A stretch of DNA of 64,000 nt from Sphaerobacter sp. Its GTDB lineage: Bacteria > Chloroflexota > Chloroflexia > Thermomicrobiales > Thermomicrobiaceae. Under the pieces are notes generated by a model. It was not told where the DNA came from. It made no database searches and saw nothing but the letters and a program-made list of their open reading frames with translations. Position 1 is the stretch's first letter, and each line of letters starts with the position of its first letter. Below, piece after piece: positions 26,853 to 35,168 of this stretch. A program made the translations under genes and the position numbers. Location: positions 7,314 through 71,313 of the forward strand of contig NZ_JADGHZ010000001.1 in the NCBI RefSeq assembly GCF_019683595.1, written 5' to 3'.

Positions 26853-29195
26853 ATGCGACTCCTGTTGACCAAGGCACTCCGCGATATCCAGCGGCGTCCC
26901 CTCCGGACGCTCCTGACGACGCTCGGCGTGCTCCTGGGCGTCGCCGGGGTCGTCGCCATCTCCTACACCGGGCGCAGCCTGGCCGACGCCCAGCGTGAGA
27001 CGTACGCCAACACCCGCCAGCCGGACATCACCGCCTTCGCGGCGCAGCTCTCACCGACGCTGGTCGACCTAATCGGGCGCCGGGACAACGTCGTCGCCGT
27101 TGATACGCAGGCGGTCCAGATCACCCGCGCCAGCACCGGCGACCGCTGGGTCAACACCCGCCTGGTCGGGGTGGCAGATTTCACCAACATGCGGCTCGAC
27201 GCGGTGCAACTCGTCTCCGGCCGCTTCCCCGGTCCCGGCGAGATCGCCTTCGACGCCAGCGCCACCAAGCTGATCGATGTGGAGGTCGGTGACCTCGTCG
27301 CGCTCCAGCCGACGCCGGCCTCCCCGATCAACTACGCCCGCGTCAGCGGCTTCGTGCGCGCCCCGGCCACCATCGACGCCTCGATTCTCAACCAGGCCAC
27401 GGCCTACATGCCGGCTCGCGACGTGCGCCAGATCCTGGGGCGACGTTACGACAACTACCTGCTGGTCCGCGTGGCCGAACCCCAGCGCGCCTCGGAGACC
27501 GCCGACCAGATCCGCGCCTTTCTCGACAAGCGTGGCGTCACGTCGAGCAATTTCACCGTTCGCGACCCGAACGTGTTCACCGGAAGTCGCGAGCTGGGCA
27601 CGCTGCTCCTCCTGCTGGAAGTGTTCTCGGTCGTCGGGGCCCTGCTCAGCACGTTCCTGGTGGCCAACACCATCGCCGCCATCATGGTCGAGGAGACCCG
27701 GCAGGTCGGCATCATCAAAGCGCTCGGCGGCACACGCTGGGCGGCGATGCGCCCGTACCTCTTCTTCGCCCTCACCATCGGCATCACGGGCGCCGTTCTC
27801 GGCTGGGTCATCGGCTTGGTCGGTGGGCAGTTATTGACGGGCTATCTCGCCGGGCTGGCGGGCCTGGTGTTGCCAGGCTTCAGCCCGGCGTTGCGCGAGC
27901 TGGTCCTGGCGCTCCTGGTCGGGATCGGCGTCACGCTCGGCGCAGCCGTCCTCCCGGCCGCCCTGGCGACTCGTCAGGCGGTCGCGGAACTCCTGGCGCA
28001 GCGCGGCGTCGTCGCCGACTTCCACCGCGGCATCACCCAGAGTCTGACCGGCTCCCTCGCCCGCGTCGGCATCGTGGCGACCATGGGCCTGCGCAACCTC
28101 GCACGCCGACCGGCGCGGGCCTGGGTGACCCTCACCGTCGTGGCGGTGGCCGTGGCCGCCTTCCTCGGCACCCAGGCAGTGAGCCGCTCCGTGACCCTGA
28201 CGGTCGACCACCTCTACGACCTCTACGGCGCCGACGGCTGGATCTTCTTCAACCGCCCGGTGCGCCCGGAGTTCGCGACCACCCTTGAGCAACACCCGGA
28301 CGTGCGGCAAGCCGAGCCCTGGGCGAACGCCACCGCGTCCATTGGGTCGGTACGAACCGACGTCTGGGGCATGCCGCGCAACACCGACATCTACACCCCG
28401 CGTGTCATCGCGGGAACCTGGCTGCGCCCGGCCAACCCAACCGGCGCGGTGCTGACGAGCAACCTCGCCCGCGCCATCGGCGCATCAGTCGGCGACGTCC
28501 TCACCCTGGATATCGGGGATCGATCCAGCCTCGTTCAGGTGCTCGGTATCGTGGACGACGAGAGCACCTACCTGGGAGCGGCGACGACCGGGAAAGTCTT
28601 CCTCGACGTCGCGGATGCTCAGCGCATCATCGGCTCAGGCGGCCGGGCCACGGTCTTCGCCCTCACACTCCAGTCCTCCCAACCCGCCGCCGTCGATGCG
28701 AGCCTGACCCGGCTGGAGGAGAGGTTCCGCCAGTACGCCCCAGTGACGCTGGCGATGTATCAAGATCAGGCTAGCTCGCGGCGGGCCATTGACATCCTGA
28801 CGGTGATGCTGAACGCCATGGTGATCATCGTCAGCGCGGTCGGGCTGGCGGGGATTGTCAACACCCTGCTCATCAACCTCACCGAGCGGCGCCGGGAGTA
28901 CGGCATCCTCCGCGCGATCGGCGCCACCGGGCGTCACCTCGTGCGTCTGGTCATGTCGGAGGCGCTCGGGCTGACGGCTGCCGGCTGCGCGGTCGGCGTT
29001 GCGGTGGGATACCCGCTGGCGCGCTATCTGGTGCATCTGACCGGTACCCAGCTCTTCGGGCTGGAGTTCCACCTGGGCCCGGTCACCATCGCCGCCACCA
29101 TCCTGGTCGCGCTCATCGCCACGGCCGCGGTGAGCACCGCGCCCGGGTTGTTGGCTTCTCGCATTCGACCGATACAGGTGCTGCGCTATGAATAG
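26853..29195 (+). CDS. ABC transporter permease, double FtsX/MacB-type (two 4-TM FtsX modules with large extracytoplasmic domains)
   Basis: MRLLLTKALRDIQRRPLRTLLTTLGV is a typical FtsX-family N-terminus. A second FtsX module lies near the C-terminus (GILRAIGATGRHL). An alternative ATG is at 26829. Confidence 0.85.
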   Translation: MRLLLTKALRDIQRRPLRTLLTTLGVLLGVAGVVAISYTGRSLADAQRETYANTRQPDITAFAAQLSPTLVDLIGRRDNVVAVDTQAVQITRASTGDRWVNTRLVGVADFTNMRLDAVQLVSGRFPGPGEIAFDASATKLIDVEVGDLVALQPTPASPINYARVSGFVRAPATIDASILNQATAYMPARDVRQILGRRYDNYLLVRVAEPQRASETADQIRAFLDKRGVTSSNFTVRDPNVFTGSRELGTLLLLLEVFSVVGALLSTFLVANTIAAIMVEETRQVGIIKALGGTRWAAMRPYLFFALTIGITGAVLGWVIGLVGGQLLTGYLAGLAGLVLPGFSPALRELVLALLVGIGVTLGAAVLPAALATRQAVAELLAQRGVVADFHRGITQSLTGSLARVGIVATMGLRNLARRPARAWVTLTVVAVAVAAFLGTQAVSRSVTLTVDHLYDLYGADGWIFFNRPVRPEFATTLEQHPDVRQAEPWANATASIGSVRTDVWGMPRNTDIYTPRVIAGTWLRPANPTGAVLTSNLARAIGASVGDVLTLDIGDRSSLVQVLGIVDDESTYLGAATTGKVFLDVADAQRIIGSGGRATVFALTLQSSQPAAVDASLTRLEERFRQYAPVTLAMYQDQASSRRAIDILTVMLNAMVIIVSAVGLAGIVNTLLINLTERRREYGILRAIGATGRHLVRLVMSEALGLTAAGCAVGVAVGYPLARYLVHLTGTQLFGLEFHLGPVTIAATILVALIATAAVSTAPGLLASRIRPIQVLRYE

Positions 29196-30183
29196 ACGAC
29201 CGGTTCGACGGCTCATCCTCGTTGTGGTGGGGGTGCTGGTGGTTGCCGCGGTGGTCGCCGGGTTCCTGCTGGCAACCCGCCCCGAGCCACAAACCGCCGT
29301 CGTCGAGCGAGGCAGCCTGGAGGCGACGATTGAGACCGTCGGCCGCCTCGTGCCGCGCAATTCGATCACGGTCCGCAGCCCGGTCAGCGGCAAGGTCCAA
29401 ATCGTTGCCGTCTCCCCCGGCGACGCGGTGGAAGAAGGCGACGTTCTCGTCCAGCTCGACCCCAAGCCGTTCGAGGAGGCGATCCGCCGCGCCGAGGAAC
29501 AGGTGGACGCCGCCGAGGCCGCGCTGAACCTCGCCGAGCAGCGAGCCGGCGACAACCCGTCCCCCGAGCAGCTCGCGGCCCGGCTCACGGCCGAGCAGCA
29601 GCTTCGCGACGCTCAGCGTGCCCTCGACGACGCCCGCGCGGCGCGCGACGCAGCGATGATCCTGGCCCCACGCGCCGGGACGGTGCTCCAGGTGCAGACG
29701 GCCGAAGGTGCCCCGTTGGGGACAGGCGCCGAAGTGGCCCAGATCGCCGACCTGAACGACCTCGAACTCCAGGTCGACCTCGACGAAATCGACCTGCCGC
29801 ACGTCCCACCCGACGCGCCGGTGACCTTCACTCTGGACGCCTACCCCAGCGACGAGATCGAGGGACGCCTGGAACGGATCTCGCCCACGGCCGAGACGAG
29901 CGGCGGAACTACGACGTTCCGCGCTACCGTGCGCTTCACCCTCCCCGAGGGGCTGGTAGCCCGTCCGGGCATGAACGCTGATGTCTCGATCAAGACCGCC
30001 GTCCGCTCCGACGTGCTCCTGATCCCCGAGAGCGCGCTTCGCACCGTGGGACGCCGCACCTTCGTGACCGTCCTCGTGGACGGCCAGGAGCAGGAGCGAG
30101 AGATCCGGATCGGCCTCCGAAGCGGCGGCATGGTCGAGGTCGCGTCCGGGTTGACCGAGGGCGAGCGGGTGGTCATTCCCTAG
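29188..30183 (+). CDS. HlyD/MacA-type periplasmic adaptor (membrane fusion) protein
   Basis: N-terminal TM helix, a lipoyl-like motif (VSGKVQIVAVSPGDAVEEGDVLVQLD), a coiled-coil region and beta-barrel domains. It overlaps the permease stop by 8 nt. Confidence 0.85.
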   Translation: MNRRPVRRLILVVVGVLVVAAVVAGFLLATRPEPQTAVVERGSLEATIETVGRLVPRNSITVRSPVSGKVQIVAVSPGDAVEEGDVLVQLDPKPFEEAIRRAEEQVDAAEAALNLAEQRAGDNPSPEQLAARLTAEQQLRDAQRALDDARAARDAAMILAPRAGTVLQVQTAEGAPLGTGAEVAQIADLNDLELQVDLDEIDLPHVPPDAPVTFTLDAYPSDEIEGRLERISPTAETSGGTTTFRATVRFTLPEGLVARPGMNADVSIKTAVRSDVLLIPESALRTVGRRTFVTVLVDGQEQEREIRIGLRSGGMVEVASGLTEGERVVIP

Positions 30184-30188
30184 CAGCG

Positions 30189-30210
30189 GCCTGACGCACC
30201 CGCGTCAGGC
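30189..30210 (+). terminator. Hairpin after the adaptor gene (no clear U tract)
   Basis: gcctgacgc-accc-gcgtcaggc, a 9-bp stem. Confidence 0.35.
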
Positions 30211-30272
30211 GACAACCGGGAGCGCCCACCGCGTCCCCGGTGATGACCGGTGTCCTGAACCCTCGCGACGGT

Positions 30273-30320
30273 GTCATCCTTCGACTCCCGCCGCGGACGG
30301 CGGAGTCGAAGCATCTCGCT
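30273..30320 (+). repeat. Intergenic repeat, family B (GTCATCCTT...hairpin...CATCTCGC), copy 1
   Basis: gtcatccttcgactcccgccgcggacggcggagtcgaagcatctcgc contains an internal hairpin, cttcgactcc(c)gccg / cggcggagtcgaag. It is related to the units at 34989-35111. Confidence 0.6.
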
Positions 30321-30353
30321 CTCGAACCGCCGCCCGCCTCTGTCCGCGATCAA

Positions 30354-31499
30354 TCACCGTAACCCGCGGAAAAAGCCACGGATGTCCTCGACCATTAGAT
30401 CGGGTGCCAGATACGCGGCGTAGTGGCCGCCGGGTACGTCGTAGGTGTGCCACTGCACCAGATTGGCGTGGTCGCGCTCGGCGAACCGCCGGATCGACTT
30501 GAAGTCGCCCTCGAAGGCTGCCAGGCCGATCGGCACGGTGGTCGGCCCGCTCGCGGACCTGCCTTTGGCGTCCTCGTAGTACAGGCGGATCGACGACCCG
30601 CCGGTGTTCGTGAACCAGTAGATGGCAACGTTCGTGAGGACGAAGTCGTCGTCGAGGTTCTGCAACACGTCCGTGCCCAGCAGTTGCCCGTTCCAGCCCA
30701 GCAACCCGGTCGGCGAATCCGCCAGCGCGTGCGCGAGCGTCTGCGGCTGCTGCGAGTGCAACTGGTTGAACGCGAACTTGTTCTCGAAGAACCACTGGAG
30801 GACCTGCATCGCGGCCACGTCCTCCTCCGACAGATCCTCGAACTCGGCCGGTTCGCCCATCGGGAGCGCGAAGATCTGCGTCACGTGAACACCGGCGACG
30901 AGGTCCCCGTCGACCCGCCCCAGCTCGGGCGAGATGATGGAGCCGGCGTCGTTGCCATGGGCGCCGTAGCGGGTATAGCCGAGGCGCTTCATCAGCTCCG
31001 CCCAGGCCCTGGAGATGCGCACCGAGGTCCATCCCGTGTCCCTGGTCGGACCCGAGAAGCCGAAACCGGGCAGCGATGGGATGACCACGTCGAACGCGTC
31101 GCGCGGGTCACCGCCGTGCGCGCGGGGATTGATGAGCGGGTCGATGATTCGGATGAACTCCACCACAGAGCCGGGCCAGCCGTGCGTGAGGATCAACGGG
31201 AACGCGTCCGGCTCGGGCGAGCGAACGTGCAGGAAGTGAATACGCTGCCCGTCGATCTCCGTCACAAACTGCGGATACCGGTTGAGTCGCTCCTCCCACG
31301 CCCGCCAGTCGTACCCGTCCAACCAGTACTCAACCAGCCGTTGCACGTGGCTGCGAGGCACGCCATACCCCCACCCCACACCAGGCAGCTCGTCGGTCCA
31401 ACGGGAACGCCTCAGGCGTGTCTTGAGGTCGTCCAGATCTTCCTCGGGAATCGCGATCGTGAAGGGCCGGAGAGCGGTGTCGTCGGTCGCGCGAGCCAT
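30354..31499 (-). CDS. Epoxide hydrolase (alpha/beta hydrolase with EH N-terminal domain)
   Basis: PFTIAIPEEDLDDLKTRL...RWTDE...THGWPGSVVEF is an epoxide-hydrolase N-terminal signature. The ATG at 31499 is preferred over 31574. Confidence 0.8.
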   Translation of the reverse strand: MARATDDTALRPFTIAIPEEDLDDLKTRLRRSRWTDELPGVGWGYGVPRSHVQRLVEYWLDGYDWRAWEERLNRYPQFVTEIDGQRIHFLHVRSPEPDAFPLILTHGWPGSVVEFIRIIDPLINPRAHGGDPRDAFDVVIPSLPGFGFSGPTRDTGWTSVRISRAWAELMKRLGYTRYGAHGNDAGSIISPELGRVDGDLVAGVHVTQIFALPMGEPAEFEDLSEEDVAAMQVLQWFFENKFAFNQLHSQQPQTLAHALADSPTGLLGWNGQLLGTDVLQNLDDDFVLTNVAIYWFTNTGGSSIRLYYEDAKGRSASGPTTVPIGLAAFEGDFKSIRRFAERDHANLVQWHTYDVPGGHYAAYLAPDLMVEDIRGFFRGLR

Positions 31500-32022
31500 C
31501 GGAGTCTCCTTCCGCCACCCGGCACGCGCCCTCCGCACCGGCTGGATGATGCCGATCCACTCGATCACGGACACCGAGCGACCAGCGGTGGATTGCGGTC
31601 CCGCATTGGACGCGACCGCGCGAATTCGCGGTCATTCCACGGTTGGCCGACAATGACGATGCTCAGCAGGTACCCTGCCATACTCGGACATTAGACAGCC
31701 TCTCAATTTAGAGACGCGCAAGGATAGCAGCCTGATGTCGGGGACGCAACCGTGAGCCGGCGCCATCAGGCACAGCCCGTGCACCACGCAGGTCACCCCA
31801 CTGGACCGAACGAGCCCGCGTGCCGTCCGGACGATCGCGTATGCGTGCGCTTGTTCGGGCCAAACGGCCAGACGGAGCAGGTACGGGCGTACCGAGTGCG
31901 AGACGGACGGGCACTAGCCAACGTGACCATTGCCCTAGTGCCTCCGCGCCACGCCGTCCGTACCCTACAGGCGGGGAGCGCCCCCGCATGGGGCACAGCG
32001 ATAGGGAGTGGTAGCAGGCCAC

Positions 32023-33309
32023 ATGCAGACGCTGACGTCGCCAGGTCCCACAACCCGAATCCTTAGTACGCGCGAGCCGTCGGCCATCGAGCAGACCGGG
32101 CTGGACCTCTCGTTCATCAGCGATCTCGCACTCAAGGCCATCTACTACCAGAACGCCATCACCGCGCAGGCCCTGAGCGACCTCTTGTGCCTCCCCTACT
32201 TCAACGTGGTGGAGCGAGCTCTCGCGCAGCTCAAGCGCGACGAGATGATCGAAGTCACGGGCTCTCAAGGGTTTGGGGAACTCGCCTACCAGTTCCAAAC
32301 GACACCGAAGGGCAGCGCCCGTGCGCAGGAACTGGTAGAGCGCAACTCGTATGTCGGCCCGGCGCCGGTGCCGCTGCAGGCCTTCAAGGAGATGGTCGAG
32401 CGGCAGTCGATCCGCACGACACGGGTGACACCGGCACAGGTGCGTCGCGCCACGGCCGATCTCATCTTCGATGACGCCGTGCTCGATGCCATCGGGCAGG
32501 CGATCAACACCGGGCGGTCGATGTTCCTCTTCGGCGAGTCCGGGAACGGGAAGACGGCGTTGGCCGAGCGCGTGGCGCAGATGCTGGGCGGCCACGTGCT
32601 CATCCCCCACGCCATCCTCGTGGACGGTCACATCATCAAAATGCTCGACCTGCAGCACCACGAGCCGATCCCGGCCGCCAACGGCCGCACCGACTACGAC
32701 CGCCGCTGGGTCCTCTGCAAGCGCCCAACGGTCATGGTCGGCGGCGAGCTGACCCTGGCCAGCCTCGACCTGGTCTACGACCCGGTCTCCAAAATCTACG
32801 AGGCGCCGCTGCAGATGAAGGCGATCAATGGGATGTTCCTCATCGACGACTTCGGCCGCCAGCAGATCCGCCCGGCGGACCTCTTGAACCGCTGGATCGT
32901 GCCGCTGGAGAAGAGCGTCGACTTCTTGACGCTACACACCGGCAAGAAGATCGAGATCCCGTTCGACGAGTTGATCGTTTTCTCGACGAACCTGGAGCCA
33001 AAGGACCTGGTGGACGAGGCGTTTCTGCGCCGCATCCAGAACAAGGTCCGGATCGGCAACCCGACGGTAAACCAGTTCCGCGAAATCTTCCGCCGGCAGT
33101 GCGAGGACCTCGGGGTGCCGTTCGATCAGCAGGGGCTCGTCTACCTGCTCCGTGAGTACTACGTCAAGCCGAAGCGACCGTTGCGCTCCTGCCACCCCCG
33201 CGACATCTTGCGCACGCTCGTCGGCATCGCCCGATACCTGGATCAGCCCCCGACCCTGAGCCAGGAACTGATCGACCGGGCATGCAACACCTACTTCGTC
33301 GACTTCTAA
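32023..33309 (+). CDS. Divergent AAA+ ATPase with N-terminal winged-helix-like domain, function unknown
   Basis: Walker A is FGESGNGKT. Walker B is MFLIDDFG. The classic-AAA-like DEAFLRRIQNKVRIGNP is also present. An alternative GTG is at 32008. Confidence 0.75.
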   Translation: MQTLTSPGPTTRILSTREPSAIEQTGLDLSFISDLALKAIYYQNAITAQALSDLLCLPYFNVVERALAQLKRDEMIEVTGSQGFGELAYQFQTTPKGSARAQELVERNSYVGPAPVPLQAFKEMVERQSIRTTRVTPAQVRRATADLIFDDAVLDAIGQAINTGRSMFLFGESGNGKTALAERVAQMLGGHVLIPHAILVDGHIIKMLDLQHHEPIPAANGRTDYDRRWVLCKRPTVMVGGELTLASLDLVYDPVSKIYEAPLQMKAINGMFLIDDFGRQQIRPADLLNRWIVPLEKSVDFLTLHTGKKIEIPFDELIVFSTNLEPKDLVDEAFLRRIQNKVRIGNPTVNQFREIFRRQCEDLGVPFDQQGLVYLLREYYVKPKRPLRSCHPRDILRTLVGIARYLDQPPTLSQELIDRACNTYFVDF

Positions 33310-33338
33310 CCGGGATCGCTTCTCGGAGAACCAGTCCC

Positions 33339-33998
33339 TCACCCCGCCGGTAGGAGAGCCTGATCCAGATCCCACGCGAGGGCGCGGACCGGAGCGCCGT
33401 CCACATCACCCAGCGCCAGGGGAACGAAGCCGAAACCGTACGTGCGGCCGGCTTCCAACGCATCCAGTCCGCGGAGGTTCTCGACGATGAGCACGTCGCC
33501 CCGCAGCAGCGTGTCGTGGACCGTGTTCCCACTGTCGGCGGTCGAATCGACATTCAACGCGTCGATTCCGAAGAGCGACGCCCCCATCGCGACGACCGCG
33601 GCGGCCAGCGCGTCGCTGAGGTACGGGTGTCGATAATACGACTCGTCATCCCAGTGCCGGTCCCATCCCGTGCGCAGGATCAGACACCAGCCGGGCTTGA
33701 ACGCCTCCCGGTAGGGTGCCAGGACGTCCTCCGGGATCGCCTCATTCATCCCGAAGCCCGTCGCATCGACCACCATCCCCGGCAAGATGAATCGCTCGAG
33801 TGGGTACTCGCCGATGGGACGCCCGTCAGGGAGAAAGTGGCTCGGCGCATCCACGTGCGTGCCGGTGTGGCTCCCGATCGCGAGCGAACTGACCCGCCAA
33901 GGCGGCTCCATCGTCGCGGGCGCGACTTGCGGTACCGGGTCACCCGGGAAGTGCGGCATGCCCGATACGATCCGGTGGCTCAGATCGTAGAGTGCCAC
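33339..33998 (-). CDS. Cyclase family protein (kynurenine formamidase-like)
   Basis: The metal-binding motif GSHTGTHVDAPSHF is followed by ...ENL. Confidence 0.8.
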   Translation of the reverse strand: MALYDLSHRIVSGMPHFPGDPVPQVAPATMEPPWRVSSLAIGSHTGTHVDAPSHFLPDGRPIGEYPLERFILPGMVVDATGFGMNEAIPEDVLAPYREAFKPGWCLILRTGWDRHWDDESYYRHPYLSDALAAAVVAMGASLFGIDALNVDSTADSGNTVHDTLLRGDVLIVENLRGLDALEAGRTYGFGFVPLALGDVDGAPVRALAWDLDQALLPAG

Positions 33999-34019
33999 CC
34001 TCGACTCCTCCCTCCGGTG

Positions 34020-34814
34020 TCAGTCGCGCCGCACCTCTTCGGGCAACTCGTACCACGGCTTGCGGTCGCCAATCAGCGCACGGAGCTTCCACGCGCGCGT
34101 CTTCGGAGCGGCTTCGATGGCTCGCTCCAGCTCGTCCAGCCGACTCGCGATGTCCGCATCATCCGCAAGGCCGTTCGCGCTGAGCGCCTCACGCACGACC
34201 GCGATGTTCTTGACCGTGGTGCGGTAGAAGCCCCAGTCGGCCGTCAGAATGGCCAGGAGTCGATCGAGGTTGAACATCTCCTCGTCGCCGGACCCGAGCG
34301 GATGATCCCGTAGCAGTGCGATGATGTCCCGGACATCCTTGTCATTGATCTCGTAGATCTGGAGCTTCGTGAGCAGCAGGTCGGCCAGCGGGATCGTCCG
34401 GCGCTCCAGGTGCAGCCGCTGCCGCAGGTCGAGCGTATGGCTCATCCGCAGGGTGTCGACGAAGACATCGACCTGTCGCTGGTTCGCGCTATCCCAGAAG
34501 TACAGCCGCTGGTGCCCGTGCAGCGTGTTGAACTCGGCGTCCGGCGTGTATCCGAGTTCGACGAAGAGCGAGGGCAGCTCCGCGCGATCACTCCCGAGGG
34601 TGATGAAGTCCAGGTCGCCATAGGCGCGCTGGAGCGCGCGGTGCTCGGCACTCGGGCTGTGCATCAGGACGGCCACACCCCCGAGGATGCGCAGGACGAT
34701 GCCCCGTTCCTCGGCAGACACCAGAATGCGCTCAGCTTCCTGCCGCACATCCTCGAGTGGCTGCTGCACCACGCCGGTCGAACCTTCCACGCCTGCGGTC
34801 GCTTGATCACGCAT
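34020..34814 (-). CDS. Nucleotidyltransferase-fold protein (uncharacterised NTP_transf family)
   Basis: ILGGVAVLMH...YGDLDFI fits the GG...DxD nucleotidyltransferase pattern. The ATG at 34814 is preceded by GGAG/GGGGG. The upstream 113 codons of the track ORF run through repeat DNA. Confidence 0.65.
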   Translation of the reverse strand: MRDQATAGVEGSTGVVQQPLEDVRQEAERILVSAEERGIVLRILGGVAVLMHSPSAEHRALQRAYGDLDFITLGSDRAELPSLFVELGYTPDAEFNTLHGHQRLYFWDSANQRQVDVFVDTLRMSHTLDLRQRLHLERRTIPLADLLLTKLQIYEINDKDVRDIIALLRDHPLGSGDEEMFNLDRLLAILTADWGFYRTTVKNIAVVREALSANGLADDADIASRLDELERAIEAAPKTRAWKLRALIGDRKPWYELPEEVRRD

Positions 34815-34988
34815 CCCCCACGCTCCGGAGCGCGGCATCTCCTGACTGTCCACGCGGCGCCAGTCTAGGTAGCGTTGCGAGCCGGTGTCAATCCCGCCCG
34901 CTCGGGGCAGCAGCCGGGACGCCTGCGCCCAGCATGAGCTTTGACGAATTGACCTGGTATTCCCGCCTGCAGCTCGCTCCGCGCGCAT

Positions 34989-35111
34989 GTCATCTTGAAC
35001 GGAGCCGGGCGGCGGAGCGACGGATCTCGCGTCGGAGCGGCCACGTGCCGGAGAGATCCTTCGCTGCGCCGGGGGCGGCTGGCCGCCGCCCTCGGCTCCG
35101 CTGAGGATGAC
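34989..35111. repeat. Two family-B repeat units in head-to-head (palindromic) arrangement
   Basis: The unit at 34989-35030 (gtcatcttgaacggagccgggcggcggagcgacggatctcgc) faces the inverted unit at 35051-35111. The reverse complement of the second unit reads gtcatcctcagcggagccgagggcggcgg...gcgaaggatctctc. Confidence 0.6.
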
Positions 35112-35168
35112 AGCGAACCGGCGCCGGAGTCGGCTCCGGTGGGTCACGGTCATTCGTCAAACGCCGTG

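Noticed and set aside
34815-35153. N-terminal 113 codons of the track ORF 34020..35153 (MTVTHRSRLRRRFAVILSGAEGGGQPPPAQRRISP...).
   Set aside because: This stretch runs through the family-B palindromic repeats and has non-genic composition. A well-placed ATG with an RBS at 34814 gives a normal-length nucleotidyltransferase-fold protein.
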